DNA of 63,992 nt, counting the filler, from Stramenopiles sp. TOSAG23-3 (lineage: Eukaryota), in NCBI GenBank assembly GCA_900128585.1. It is 5 parts of 5 records of this genome, joined end to end, with 100 filler letters (N's around TTAATTAATTAA, not from the genome) between each part and the next. Parts side by side here need not be neighbours in the genome. Positions count along the whole stretch, not along the records: positions 13,195 to 26,272 come from LT642645.1; positions 26,373 to 39,445 come from LT642646.1; 3 more parts are not named here. The stretch is one strand, 5' to 3'. A program made the translations under genes and the position numbers. The notes below the pieces were generated by a model that was not told the origin of the DNA, did no database searches, and saw only the letters and a program-made list of their open reading frames with translations. This document shows positions 21,107-33,558 of the stretch, one piece after another (the first letter of the stretch is position 1; every line of letters starts with the position of its first letter).

Positions 21107-22394
21107 TAAAAAACGAAAAAATTAAGTAGTTTGCTCACCGGAAGAAGGTGAAAATGTGGACACAATTAATTTAAAACTTACGAGTGTACTGTTTGTTACT
21201 ATGATAGAAAGGGTTCCCCATCCCCCCCCCCACACACACACACGCGCGAACGCGAACACGGTTCGTATCGTGCTTCCTCCTGAATAATATCTATGGAAAG
21301 GTCTCCCATCATCCCCCATATAAAAAAACAAATTATACAAGTATAATAACACGGTATAATACCAGGTGGTACTACTAATACCAGGTCAAAGAAGTAACAA
21401 TAAGAATTTTACCTGTCCGTCTCTATAGTCTAGTTATTTTATGTACATTCTGTCAAATGAATACAACGAAGTCCGAGTAAAAAAGATGGAAGAAAGGTGG
21501 AGAAGGAAGAAGAGGAGTCAATTTTTTTAATACTGTAGTATTATTTTATTTTTTTACTATATTTATTTATTGGAATTAAGTATGCACCGTAGTAGTAAAT
21601 AGTTTTAATAAAAAATAAAATAAAAATAAAAACTTCAATATTTTTAAATTTGAAATAACAGGAACATAGCATTATTTTATAGTGAGTGCAGAGGAGGCAC
21701 ATAAGGCCTTCTGTGTAATGTATTGTTTTGCCTTTTAGTTTTACGGTACCTGAACTTTTTTCATTAGAATAATCTTATTATCTATGCTGTGTAATGTAAA
21801 TGTAATGGGGTTTATTCTTCTTATTTTAAAATGAATGCTCTGTCTATATTATATTAAATTATTTTTGGTTGTACTTTCTCTTTTTTTTTAAATTATTTAT
21901 TATTTATTATTAAATAATATAGACTAATAATAACACCACATCAACAACATGATGATTGATGATGAAAGACTCCAAAAGAGATGTTGATATTAATGGTGTT
22001 TCCTCCTTATTTATTTCTTCCCAACGACGCTGCGGCGCGATGAGATGGACGATGATGATTTCCATCCAAATTAATAATAATATATAATGAAATAGCTACC
22101 GTACAGTAAGTAATAATGCTGAATAATTATTATAATTTTTTATTATTGAATACTACCAAGGTACCACCACATCATTCTTCAATTCAACGACACATGTTGT
22201 TGGACAGCTTCAATTCAGGTATAATTATACCGCTGACTGCAACGCAATCACAGAGATGCATAGAGGATTTTGATCTGCCAGCAACAACAACAAAGATTAG
22301 CGAAAGAAGTGGTTGAAGTTATTTTTCCGTACTTCTTGGAAATTAGTTAGGAGAGGGTCGAAAATTAATAGTAGTAGTGTGTTCTGTCAAAGCG

Positions 22395-23069
22395 ATGTCG
22401 GAGTTTCCTGCAATAAACTACGGCGACTACAACAGAGGGTACCAGTCGTACCGCGGGGATTCGGGGGGTATGGAAGAAGAACAACCCAATTTACATGAAA
22501 ATCGTCAAGCAAAAATTGAACCAAGGCGCCCGAGGCCAAGGAGCTGTAGTGTTGCTGCAGCGTTCCACGTCCACGATGATGCCGACGCAGCGAACGCCCT
22601 CCTGTCGATAATGGCTTCGCCAACTGTTACTTTGTCAGAGGAGACGACGCACTCCCCAGTCTCCGTAAATGACTACTTGTTTTCAATCCCAACGATCCTT
22701 ATGCCGCATGACAAGAAACCGTCCCCATCCGCTTCATCTTTCAGCAACTACAAAGTCAACTTAGACGAAGGTCTGGGAGGCTTGCCCTCCTCTCGTCGTT
22801 TGCGGGCATTTTCCGACCTCACTGGCATGTCCACAGAAGCCAAGTTCAAGCCGGAGCGCTCCCGCGTCAAATTCATCGGTATATATAGCCCTGGTTCGCG
22901 CCGCAAACGAATAGGGAGGTTTATGGCAAAGCGTAGAGCAAGAGTGTGGGGCAAACGAGTCGAGTACAATGTGCGGAAGGATTTTGCTGATTCCCGTTTG
23001 AGGGTCAAAGGGCGATTCGTCAAGAAAGAGGATGAGTACATGTTACGTATGGCAATGGAGCTGTGCTGA
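22395..23069 (+). CDS. CCT-domain protein
   Basis: RRKRIGRFMAKRRARVWGKRVEYNVRKDFADSRLRVKGRFVK; first ATG 22395. Confidence 0.92.
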   Translation: MSEFPAINYGDYNRGYQSYRGDSGGMEEEQPNLHENRQAKIEPRRPRPRSCSVAAAFHVHDDADAANALLSIMASPTVTLSEETTHSPVSVNDYLFSIPTILMPHDKKPSPSASSFSNYKVNLDEGLGGLPSSRRLRAFSDLTGMSTEAKFKPERSRVKFIGIYSPGSRRKRIGRFMAKRRARVWGKRVEYNVRKDFADSRLRVKGRFVKKEDEYMLRMAMELC

Positions 23070-23747
23070 AGGCCTCTCCTGCTCGCTCACGTACCCGTGG
23101 CAAGTCGCGTGTGAAAAATATTGCTTTTTGGCGCGCTACACTAAAATGTATGCTCTTATTGTACATTCAATGGTCTGACTCGAGTTGTTCTTTGTTACAA
23201 ATGTTACATAAGGGGCACGCAAAAGGTAATTCTTAAGTTTATCGTAACTTATGCAATATCATATGATACTTTATACTATATATTTTGTTTTTTTACTTTA
23301 TATATATGATAATTAGTAAGACCAAAAGAGCAAAGATAAGTTCGCAGTTCATGAAGGAATGCAAACCTAGAATGTCTAAATCTAGATTTCNNNNNNNNNN
23401 NNNNNNNNNNNNNNNNNNNNNNNNNNNNNNNNNNNNNNNNNNNNNNNNNNNNNNNNNNNNNNNNNNNNNCTGCGGGTTAGTTGGGAAAACTTTAACACTA
23501 TATAATTTGTTTTTTTTTAAGGTTAACAAGAGAGTACCGAACTCTTTAATCCAAATTAATACAGCGCGCACAATATCTTTTTTGTTTGTTCAACGAGGTT
23601 CCTACACATGATAACATACATACCCAAATCTCTTCAAAGGACGTAACCTGTGACGGGGCCAGGCTTTCGCCCCAAAAGTATTTGTGCTACGCTCCCACGC
23701 ATTAAACTAGTGCTTCTCTTATATTACTTTCCCCCATAATTAGTTTT

Positions 23748-25007
23748 TTACTTTTTCCTAGGATCATTCGCTTCTCCCTGGGTCTCCCGCGTGCCCGCGC
23801 CCGACAGGGCCGCCTCTTCCAGCTGCTTCCTTGCATCCTCCACGCCCTGGTCGGCGGCCGCCTCACCGCCTTTGTGGCAATCCTTGATCTCGTTCACCAT
23901 CAAGCGTCTGTATTCCCCCTCCGATAAAAAATGGTTTTCCCACGCCATTCGGCTCGGGGGGATCGGCTTTCCCACCGGCTCGTCTTCAGGACAATGCAAC
24001 GCTTCCAAATACTTGTGATTCAGGCACTCTTCCGTAGTCAAGCGGTTCGCTGGATTGAACACTAGCATTTTTTTCAACAGGTCGAGAGCGTCGGGGTTCG
24101 CGTCAGGGAAAACTATTGGCAGGTTTGCAGGCTCGCGCTTCGACAAACCCTCTAGAAATGATTTGGCTTTGGGCTGCTTGATTTCCTGAATATCCTCCGG
24201 CTTCGGGGTGCCCAAAAAGTCTAACAGTAAGGACATTTGCGCCTGCGAGTCCGATCCGGGAAACATTGGTTTTCGCCCAAGCAACTCCCCAAAAATGCAT
24301 CCAACGGACCACAGATCGATGGCCTTGGTGTACGTTTTCCACGAAAGAATTATCTCCGGTGGCCGGTACCACCGCGTTGCCACGTAGTCCGTCATGACGG
24401 TAGTTTTCTTACGTTTGTCTTTTAAATCTACACGAGCCAACCCAAAATCACAAATTTTCAGGTCGCAGTTGGAGTTGACCAGCAGGTTCCGTGGCTTCAA
24501 GTCGCGGTGAATAATGTTACAAGAGTGGATGTACTTCAAACCTCGCAAAATTTGGTACAGGAAAAATTGTACGTGCTCGTCGTACAGGGGCTGCGGGCTC
24601 TTTATGATAGAGGAAAGGTCCGTTTCCATTAAGTCAAAAACGACATAGATTTCCTGAAACTTGTAGGGGTCTATGGGGCGCAAAATAGTCTTCAGTGCAA
24701 TTACATTTTCGTGCTTCAGGGATCGCAGCAAGATAAGTTCCCGCAGGGTCCGCTTCGTAAAGGTGGCGTGATCAAAAACCTTTTCCATTTTTTTGATTGC
24801 AACGACCGTGTCCTCCACGTCGTCGCGAGCGGCGCACACTATCCCATAGGCACCTTGCCCGACCGAGTCCAATATGGAGTACCTGGAGTCGATATCAAAA
24901 CGAGTCCCCAAGACCATATAACTATTGACCTCTACATTAGTTTTAGAGTCCTCATGATTCAACGACGTTACGGCATCTTTGTTAACTTTGTTGCTAATTG
25001 CGGACAT
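23748..25007 (-). CDS. Mitogen-activated protein kinase (TDY activation loop)
   Basis: GQGAYG, HRDLKPRN, DFGLAR, MTDYVATRWYR, LHCPEDEP CD motif. Confidence 0.96.
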   Translation of the reverse strand: MSAISNKVNKDAVTSLNHEDSKTNVEVNSYMVLGTRFDIDSRYSILDSVGQGAYGIVCAARDDVEDTVVAIKKMEKVFDHATFTKRTLRELILLRSLKHENVIALKTILRPIDPYKFQEIYVVFDLMETDLSSIIKSPQPLYDEHVQFFLYQILRGLKYIHSCNIIHRDLKPRNLLVNSNCDLKICDFGLARVDLKDKRKKTTVMTDYVATRWYRPPEIILSWKTYTKAIDLWSVGCIFGELLGRKPMFPGSDSQAQMSLLLDFLGTPKPEDIQEIKQPKAKSFLEGLSKREPANLPIVFPDANPDALDLLKKMLVFNPANRLTTEECLNHKYLEALHCPEDEPVGKPIPPSRMAWENHFLSEGEYRRLMVNEIKDCHKGGEAAADQGVEDARKQLEEAALSGAGTRETQGEANDPRKK

Positions 25008-25226
25008 CTTCACCTTCAAAACGCCACCGCGAAAACCTCGTGTTGGTCTTGGTTTGGGTGTTCGGTTCCCAGCTCACGAGCAACTCAACTATAGCTGCTG
25101 TGTAAATACCGAATATGACAGATCTGCAGGGTGGTGGGGGGACCTTGATTTAATAGCCTTTTAGTTTCGCCTGGATGAGATTTACTGTGAAAAGAAAAGG
25201 TTTGCATGTAACTCCTTTACTAATAG

Positions 25227-25325
25227 AAAGAAAGGGAGACAGAAAGAAAGAGAGAAAGAGAGAAAGAGAGAAAGAGAGAAAGAGAGAAAGAGAGAAAGAG
25301 AGAAAGAGAGAAAGAGAGAAAGAAA
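25227..25325 (+). repeat. Purine-rich GA microsatellite
   Basis: (agaaagag)n-type run. Confidence 0.85.
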
Positions 25326-26272
25326 GGTCCCCAACATGTGGTGATATAAAATTTAAAAAAAACAACATTTTCTTCTTCATAATTTAAGGTATCATTATCA
25401 AATATTTATCTTGTTATTAATGTTTCATAGATATTATATAATGTGCGGATTTAGGGTTTTATTGTATTACCTATTAAAATCAACCAAGGATGTGCTCAAC
25501 TAAGTATATATACTTGAAAATATATTATTCTATTATATACATATATTCTACCTTAATAAAATCGCCCCCCCCCTTCTTGTTCATTTCATCTTCAACAATC
25601 GTCCAATCCTCTGCTATTTCTATATATATTTACAATTTAATTTTTTTTACCATTAATTATTGCTCAGAGAAACTATACTTCTTTCTCTATATCTAGATGC
25701 TATGCCCTCCTTATTTTACCCTCATCTTTTCTTCTATTAATTATTTAAAATAGTAAATAGAAGAAGAGATGAATAGATCATATGGAATGAGCTGAGCTTC
25801 TTACGGTCTATTTAGAAAGAGATACTGTGGAGTACAAAATTCGGAGGAGAGAGGGTTATAATAAGGGTTGGTTAGGTTGGGTAGGGTAGGTTAGGTAGGG
25901 TAGTAAGTAGGGTAGGGAGGGGTAGGTTAAAAATAATTCTATTTCTTCCATTCGATATATAGAAATACCAGGTTATGTTAATTCCGGTATATTCAATCGG
26001 TACGTACCAGGATATAATCTCAACTACTACGTATGCCATTGTAATAACGAACCACCTTATTTAGTCTAGTCTATAATGTACGTAATAGACAAACTAGACG
26101 ACTACTAAACTTGATAAAGTAGGGGTTAGTCTATTTTATACAGTACGAATACTCGTACTCTAAAGAACTCTAATTCTTTTTCATCTTCTCTTATTTTCAT
26201 TTCTTCTTTTTTTTTTATAATAATTATTTTATAATTTTATAATTTAATCACCAACACTTCCTCTTTTTGGGC

Positions 26273-26372
26273 NNNNNNNNNNNNNNNNNNNNNNNNNNNN
26301 NNNNNNNNNNNNNNNNTTAATTAATTAANNNNNNNNNNNNNNNNNNNNNNNNNNNNNNNNNNNNNNNNNNNN
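26273..26372. other. Artificial scaffold linker
   Basis: N44-TTAATTAATTAA-N44. Confidence 0.97.
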
Positions 26373-27031
26373 TTATTTTATATTTTCTTCTTTCTTCATC
26401 TTTTTCTTCTTCTTCTTCTTTCTTCATCTTTTTCTTCTTCTTCTTCTTTTTCTTCTTCTTCTTCTTCTTCTTTTTATTAATTCTTCTTTTTCTTCGCGCA
26501 TTTTTTTTTTGTCTTTTTTTTCTTCTTTTTCATAATACTTAGATATAGTATTATAGTGTATTATAGGGTTAGCGGTTTTTGTGGTGATGAAGTAATATTT
26601 ACTAATCAAATACAAATATTCATATTGTTTACTCTATTTTTCCTATTTAATAGACCTACTAACAATTCGTATATTTAATTATTCCACACAGTACCAGGAA
26701 CGGAACGGAACGGTGCATTGGATTATTTTTATTGATGTTTTTGTTGTTGTTATTATTAGTTGTTGTTGAAGAATGTGATAAAATTATTCACGATGATACA
26801 GTATTACTGTAAGAAGATCTCTACTACACTAAATAAAAAAATAATAATAATAAAAAAAATCCAACAAGCAATCGTTCTTCACAAGTATTCAAGTTGAACT
26901 TTTTGGTTGGGTTGAATGTGATTAATTAATATATATATGGATATTTATATAACTATATTTTACAGTTTTTGTACGAAGAATGCGTAGGAAACTAGATCGT
27001 ACAGATGTTAAAGTTATAAACCATTGCAGCT

Positions 27032-28204
27032 ATGCAAACCTTGCTTCAACAATTCCACAGAAAAAGTGTTTCCTTTGCCAGTTTGATGTTGTTTGGCAGT
27101 CGTGTAGTGGGTCTTCTAACTTTGCTCGTCGGGGTCGCCTGTGCCCAGAGTGTTGCTAAGGGGTCTGTGAAACTAGTCGTGGGGTTTTGCCCCTCGGCAT
27201 TTTCAGGAAAGGGCGCTGTGGTTTCTGTGGGGCCAACAAGCCCCCCGTCGTTTGATGTTGTTGGGGAGTTTTCCTACCCTGATGGAATCGACGAAGAGTG
27301 CCTTGTGTTGGAAGATATGACCATGACTCCGAGTGATCAGGAGAAGGAAACGTTTTTGTCTTTTTCAACGCACTGGGGGCTTCTTGCAGCAGTTAACAGT
27401 TCGAAGGGAATTATGCAACATTCGGCCAAGGGTCATTCGTTGGACGAGTATTTATTCGATGGGTTCTCTTCAATGCACACAGCAGAGAATTCAAAATCGA
27501 TGATTGGGCTCACCCCTCACGTCACCGAAGATGGATTTTGCAGCGACGGCTGCTTTCGCTTTGGCAAACAAGATATTCAAGACGGTGGCTTTGTTGGGCT
27601 TCAGGGCGACGGCCCCGGGGGTGCTTTGCCGTTCAAAGCGGTGATGAGCCAAGCGTGCCACTACGATGAAAAAAAAGGTATATACTACGCCCAAGGATCG
27701 TACGGCCTGAACTCAAAGGCGCTTTGTGATCGCGACGAAACGACCGAGTGTTTGTACCAAATCAATGCTTCCGACGGAAAGTTACTGAGTTCGAAGAAAT
27801 TTCCGGACGGTATCGTGATCTACAAGTACTCTTCGGCCGATTCCAGTGACGGTACTACTTTGGCTTGGGTGTATGGTTTCGAGGACGTCTGCCATAATCC
27901 ATACGATTCGTACGCATTTGTGCGCCTTCACTTGGCAAATGGCACCGTTGCATCCAAGCCCGTGTGTATTCCCAAGGACGTGGTCGTCCACGAAAAGCCG
28001 GAAATGGGAGCGTTCTCCCCCGATGAAAAATACTTTGCGCTTAGCTCGGGAAACTCAGAGGGCACGCCGCTTCAATTTTTAGTGTTTGATACCCAAACCG
28101 GAAAGGCCGTGGTGAACAGCGATTTGGCAGGGCTGAAGAAAGCGTTGAAGTTAAGCAGCATTGCACCGTTTGTACAAATATGGGGCATATCTTGGCCTTC
28201 GTAA
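27032..28204 (+). CDS. Secreted hypothetical protein, probable beta-propeller
   Basis: 390-aa ORF; hydrophobic VVGLLTLLVGVACA signal (start may be the second Met); AFSPDEKYFAL..VFDTQTGK blade-like motif. Confidence 0.7.
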   Translation: MQTLLQQFHRKSVSFASLMLFGSRVVGLLTLLVGVACAQSVAKGSVKLVVGFCPSAFSGKGAVVSVGPTSPPSFDVVGEFSYPDGIDEECLVLEDMTMTPSDQEKETFLSFSTHWGLLAAVNSSKGIMQHSAKGHSLDEYLFDGFSSMHTAENSKSMIGLTPHVTEDGFCSDGCFRFGKQDIQDGGFVGLQGDGPGGALPFKAVMSQACHYDEKKGIYYAQGSYGLNSKALCDRDETTECLYQINASDGKLLSSKKFPDGIVIYKYSSADSSDGTTLAWVYGFEDVCHNPYDSYAFVRLHLANGTVASKPVCIPKDVVVHEKPEMGAFSPDEKYFALSSGNSEGTPLQFLVFDTQTGKAVVNSDLAGLKKALKLSSIAPFVQIWGISWPS

Positions 28205-28308
28205 GTGAATCTACTTTCACTTTAGTAAAAACCAAAAAATATATGCTACTTTTTACACCGTTTGATCTGCTTACTTCTCCTATTTATTACTTTAAAGTAA
28301 AATGAATA

Positions 28309-28331
28309 AAAACAAGAAAATTGGCTGTTAT
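28309..28331 (+). promoter_or_regulatory. Conserved gene-3'-associated element, copy 3
   Basis: Exact 23-mer ~105 nt after the stop at 28204, sense strand. Confidence 0.6.
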
Positions 28332-29099
28332 AAGAATTCTTAATACGGTACAATATATTGAGATGCTCCTCGTATATAAATTGGTTTGGAAAACCACACA
28401 AGGAAATGATTCATCTATGAGTGAGAAACTGGAAGAGGAAGTTGATTATGGGTCTTAATGGCGTTAACGCGTTTTCACTCGCCGATTCGGGTTATGCATG
28501 GAGTACATATATGAAAATGATAGTCAAGACTAAGTGACAAGAGGGTATATTGATTTACTAAAATCACAACAGTAAATAATAGCGACTGTCTCAAACAATC
28601 TTCTGGTAGTTTGACATATCAGAATATTTTTTCGTATTCTGAAACAAGGAGGAGTGTGGGTTCTTGAACGGTTTTACCTTCTTTTTTTTTCTTTCCTTTT
28701 TTGACTTATTAAAACCAAACTAACTTACAAATTTATAAATATTTATTATTCATATAAACCTCCTTATTATTTATATATATTCCTTTGTATTTGGATATTA
28801 TTATTTTAATATTCATCAGTATAATATAGACTATATAATAGACTATGCTATATTAAACCTATGTAAAAAAGAAGAGATCGTCCACCCACCAACCATGACA
28901 GAGGTCAGAGGTCAGTCACATCAGATATCAGATGTCGTACCTCATATTAGAGTAACAAACAATTCAAAAACCTTTTTTGATTAATTACTACTTCGTGTGT
29001 TACAAAGGAACCAATCAATCTGCGTATATTTTATATCCTCGTTTAAAAAGACATTGGTGCGCACTGAATTGCAAAGGTTCGTAGTCGGGCGAATTTACA

Positions 29100-31295
29100 A
29101 TGGTCCTGCGTGGCCGATTCCTGTTGCTCTTTGCCTTTGCAAATGTTTTACGAAGTATTGCGCTTTCTCGACCCGATCGGCTCTGCCGATGGGATGTGTT
29201 TGAGGAGAAACCCGTTCAGTGCAAGGTGAAATTAGAAGCCTTTCTAGAAGATTGCAGCAACCCGGGTAAGTTCTTTTTGATGGGTGATTCAAACGTTGCA
29301 AGGCTGTACATGTCGTCGTTTTTGTTTTACCACCGTGCATTTGAAAATTCGTGCAAGACAATTGTTGGGGGTCGATGCAACCTGCTGGATTTAATCGATT
29401 CACCCAAAGTAGAATCATGGAAGCAGCCGCGGGCGGGACTAGAAGGCCCTGCAAAATTTGGGGCCCAACACCCTTTTTGTACAGACTGCTCCGGGTGCAA
29501 TCCGTTTCTTGTAGACTGCAAAAGCGCGGACAAGTCGGAGTCAGCAACGACACCGGTCGTATCGTACCTACCCTTAGAATATTCACGCGATGTTGAGGCT
29601 CAGTCTAGGGATCACAACACGACTGTCGAAAACATTGCAGCTTACTTAGAAACCGAGAACGTTGACGTGTGCGTGTACAACGCCGCAGTACACGATGTGA
29701 ATGTCCCTGGCATCACAGATAAAGTGTACGTCGAGAATATCGAGTTCTCCGTGAGGGAGTTGCTGAAAGGGTGCCAGAAGCTCGTCTGGATGTCAACACC
29801 AGCTGTAGACGAGCGGTTCAACCGGGGCGGGCGCTGGCTTCAGAACAACACTATTATAAAGCGGTGGAATGGGTTGGTTGAATCGATGATTCTTAAAGTA
29901 TTTCCCGAGCGCGTGTTTGTGCTAGACACCTTCCTTTGGAGCGTGGGACAACGGCATCCTCAGGACCATGTTCACGCGCGTGATTTTTTCTACAAAACGC
30001 TGGGCATTTTCCTGCTCGCTCCTACGTTTCTGAAAGGGGCTGCCTTCGATGGGCCGTTTGCAGGCGATGAAGAACTCCTGGGTATGTACGAGAAAGGCAT
30101 CATTCGGTGGAAGCCTACTACGGCGGAAGTCCCATGTTTTTCGCCGTTTGCGAAAGAAGTATTTGGTCTTCAGTTTCCCATGGGAGGGGGTGGAAAGATT
30201 TGTGTAGACATGTCCGCCTTGCCGAAAAACGTATCGTTGCGGTGCAGCGTTGTGGGGAGTGCGCCCTGGAAGTCTTACGTCTCTGGCGACGGCAACAGGT
30301 TTTACTGCCAGGTACCGGCAAGTCGTCAGCAGCTAGTTCAGAAAGTGAGGATAGAAACAGTGTCTACAAGGACGGGTTCGATCAGTGTGAGCAGCACGTA
30401 CACAATCTTGGTGCGGAGCTTTGAGTTCGATTTTGACAAGTTGAATTTGTGTTCAGGAAAAAATGTAATACTCAGCGAGGGCTGGATGAACTTTGACCTC
30501 TTCACCAACATGGACGAGAACATTAAGCGAGATTGGGGGCATCCAGATAACTTAAACAGGGACCCGTTTCAAACGGTCATGTGGAATGCGCTGGATGGCC
30601 TGGGGTTTGTTTCTACGCATTCAATAAAGCGCATTGTCATTAGTCATGCCTTGAACTACCTGTCACCCTCGAACCTACAGATGCTCGCCGAAGAGATGGC
30701 TCGCGTGCTGGTTCCCGGTACAGGCATACTCCGAATACAACAGGCCAGCAATGTCAAATTCAGACGTATTGTCTTTGAAGTCTTTGCTGCTCTAAACGTT
30801 CATTTGGTTGACGTAGGGTCTTTTAGGACCCGCACCGCAGATCCTGAAGTCTTGTCCGTCCTACAGCCGGAATGTTTGAAATGTGTCCATTATGTATTGA
30901 GTATGCAAACCGAGGGCCTGTTCGAGACTTGGCAAAATATAACGCACGAATGCTGGATTTGCCACATCGACCGTTCATGGATAAGAGACCTCGGGGACCA
31001 AAGCAACAAAGAGCTTGACATTCATAGTGCCGGATACCATGTCGACGAAATCCTTTCACAACGGAAAGTTCTTGTCTACGGAACTGACGTCCATTTTCAA
31101 TGGGTGCTCGAAGGAGGCGTTGGTGGTTCCCTTGCTGACATTGATTTTTTTCGTCCTATAAATGTGCTGCAGATTTGGCCATATACTGATTTATCAATTG
31201 TGAGCTCTCTGGTACGAGAACTAAAGAACTCTCCGTCTTGGCCAGACAAGGAAGAAGTGATTTGGACATTTCATGCAGAAGAAGAATACAAGTAA
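29100..31295 (+). CDS. Secretory-pathway SGNH/PC-esterase-like protein fused to a class I methyltransferase-like domain
   Basis: Signal peptide; MGDSNVA (GDS) and DHVH (DxxH); LNLCSG..SHALNYL..EMARVLVPG.GILRI. Confidence 0.7.
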   Translation: MVLRGRFLLLFAFANVLRSIALSRPDRLCRWDVFEEKPVQCKVKLEAFLEDCSNPGKFFLMGDSNVARLYMSSFLFYHRAFENSCKTIVGGRCNLLDLIDSPKVESWKQPRAGLEGPAKFGAQHPFCTDCSGCNPFLVDCKSADKSESATTPVVSYLPLEYSRDVEAQSRDHNTTVENIAAYLETENVDVCVYNAAVHDVNVPGITDKVYVENIEFSVRELLKGCQKLVWMSTPAVDERFNRGGRWLQNNTIIKRWNGLVESMILKVFPERVFVLDTFLWSVGQRHPQDHVHARDFFYKTLGIFLLAPTFLKGAAFDGPFAGDEELLGMYEKGIIRWKPTTAEVPCFSPFAKEVFGLQFPMGGGGKICVDMSALPKNVSLRCSVVGSAPWKSYVSGDGNRFYCQVPASRQQLVQKVRIETVSTRTGSISVSSTYTILVRSFEFDFDKLNLCSGKNVILSEGWMNFDLFTNMDENIKRDWGHPDNLNRDPFQTVMWNALDGLGFVSTHSIKRIVISHALNYLSPSNLQMLAEEMARVLVPGTGILRIQQASNVKFRRIVFEVFAALNVHLVDVGSFRTRTADPEVLSVLQPECLKCVHYVLSMQTEGLFETWQNITHECWICHIDRSWIRDLGDQSNKELDIHSAGYHVDEILSQRKVLVYGTDVHFQWVLEGGVGGSLADIDFFRPINVLQIWPYTDLSIVSSLVRELKNSPSWPDKEEVIWTFHAEEEYK

Positions 31296-31821
31296 AATAT
31301 GAACAGGTTATGAAATACGGTACCTACCGTACCTGGTACCAGGAACCAGGAACCTGGGTGCAACAAAGTGTGTTTAATTTTTAAAATCGCATATTATTAT
31401 TATATACTAAATCCTATCACTTTCGCGTAATTAAATTAACATCCGGAAGACATGATGATCTTTTTTTTTATCATCATGTCTTTGTATAATTAATATTGGA
31501 TCTATGCTATGTCAATGTAATTTATAATTTGTGGCTTCGCTTCTTCTTCTTTTCGCACACCACACCAGACCACACACACACACACTTCTTCTTTCTTCGC
31601 ACAACTTTTCTTTTTAGATGCAGCAAATTTATATTTATTCTGTCTTTTTTAGTCAGAGAAACATATGAAACGATAATTAAAATGAAATGTACGCGGTTTT
31701 AACACCCCTGTAGAAGCACTAGGTCAAATACGTGAACGGATTTTCCAACAGCCCGCTCGCATAGTTTTTACGTTAGTGTCTAGGTGATTCAATCGTTCGC
31801 CAACCTTATCATCGCTGCAAT

Positions 31822-32871
31822 ATGGCAACTGCAGAGTACGTCCCTGGAAGTCTTGCAGTGTCGCTGACGGACTCTACCGTGAAGAACGTCGCGCCCGTGC
31901 TGGTCAAGCAGGCGCTGGACGCAAAGTTCAAAAACAAGAAAAAGAGAAAGTCCTCTGGTCCCGACTTTGAGACAGCCGATTCCTCCGAGACGAGCAAAAA
32001 GAAGCGCGTGAAGCGGTTGAGCAAGGAGGAGGCAAAAGAAAAGGACGAGCGCACCATTTTTGTCGGCAACATTCCAGTGGAGGCGACCCGAAAAGACATC
32101 AAGGCGTTCTTCCAAAAGGTTGGCGCCGTCGAGAGCGTGCGCATTCGATCTGTTGCAATTGAGCTGACAAAAATATCAAAGGCAAAAAATTACAAATTAT
32201 CTAGAAAGGCAAGCTACATAACTGGGAAAATAAACACCGAGGTCAAAGACAATATCAACGCGTACGTGGTGTTCAAGAAGAAAGAGTCCGTGGAGAAAGC
32301 TGTCGGGCTCAACGGGGTCTTGTTCAAAGGGAACCACTTACGGCTCGATACAATCGTGAAGGATACTTCCTCTGCTATCGGTTCGCACAAAAAAACTGCA
32401 TTCATCGGGAACCTGCCCTTTGACACGTCGGAGGAAAAGGTCCGACAATTCTTTGCGCTATCCGTGAGTGGCGGGGACGAGTGCATCTCGAACGTTCGCC
32501 TGATTCGCGACCGAGCGACGAACAAAGGGAAGGGCTTTGGGTACATTCTGTTCGCCGAGCGAAGCCTTGTGAAAGAAGCCACCGCCCTTAATGGCGCAGT
32601 GTTCGAAGGGCGCAAACTGCGCATTTCTAAAGTAGACCCCAACTTCAAAGAATCGCAGAAAATGAGGCGCTATCTGAGCAAGGACGAAAAGTCGGGGTCC
32701 AAGCAGGCCTCGCGAAAGAATAAATTCCAAGGGGACACGGCAAAGTTCGGGGCCTACATGAGAATTAAGAGGAAGAAGAAACGTGGGGAAACCTCCTCAT
32801 CCGTTAAGAATAACAAAAAGTTTCGAAGCGATGGTCGGGGAGGGGGAAAGAGGGGCGGTCCAAGGCGTTAG
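31822..32871 (+). CDS. RBM34: Nucleolar two-RRM protein, RBM34/Nop12 family
   Basis: ERTIFVGNIP, VESVRIRS, INAYVVF, FIGNLPF, VRLIRD..GKGFGY. Confidence 0.9.
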   Translation: MATAEYVPGSLAVSLTDSTVKNVAPVLVKQALDAKFKNKKKRKSSGPDFETADSSETSKKKRVKRLSKEEAKEKDERTIFVGNIPVEATRKDIKAFFQKVGAVESVRIRSVAIELTKISKAKNYKLSRKASYITGKINTEVKDNINAYVVFKKKESVEKAVGLNGVLFKGNHLRLDTIVKDTSSAIGSHKKTAFIGNLPFDTSEEKVRQFFALSVSGGDECISNVRLIRDRATNKGKGFGYILFAERSLVKEATALNGAVFEGRKLRISKVDPNFKESQKMRRYLSKDEKSGSKQASRKNKFQGDTAKFGAYMRIKRKKKRGETSSSVKNNKKFRSDGRGGGKRGGPRR

Positions 32872-33558
32872 AAAGAAGAACTCAAGAACTGTCTGGGTAA
32901 GGGCTTCCATGGTCTGCGATCTGAAAGAGAGAGAAGAGGAGATGAGAAATATGATTTTGAGATTTACACACTTTCGAGTTGTTTGTTATATTTCAGTATA
33001 ATTATATTTATATATATTTTTTTTTAAAGAGTAAATGCATGATAGACACCTGTTATAAAAAGTGGCGAAATCGCAACTCGTTCATCTCCATCTTTATGCT
33101 GTGTGTATATTAAATTCTGTAGGTGGGTGGGGTTGTTATTACATTAGATGACTATTTATATTTGGTTGGACGGTCGGCGGTGCCTTTTGCCTTTTCTTCT
33201 TTTTCTTCTTCTTCTTCTTTCTTTTTATTAATTATTATTTTTATTCTTCTTGCTTCCACATCATTCATCATCATCATATGGTTTTTGGTGGTATCTTTAA
33301 ATTTCATCAAGCCAATTTAAAAGAGATAGACGACTATACGGCTATAAAATATAGACTATGTATGCATCTTTTTCACCGAACATTGAACATTGTAATTTAA
33401 AGAACAAAACTTAATGCGGGTATATTGTCGTGACGGGAACTTAAGCTTTGAAGGTGTTGCACAATTTGGAGTGCGGCAAACATTTCCCTTGTTAATTTTT
33501 TCGTGCGCGGTTTTTTCTTCCCTCCCTCCTCACAGTGTATAGTCGGTTCCTTTTCTAT

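Noticed and set aside
28360-28670. U3/snoRNA-like boxes (GAGTGAGAAAC, CTGA) or a decayed gene
   Set aside because: No U3 5' box A signature or terminal stem; reading frames short and unassignable.
32869-33001. +1 extension after the RBM34 terminal TAG
   Set aside because: Protein already ends in a plausible basic tail; both frame 0 and +1 stay open for similar lengths, so uninformative.
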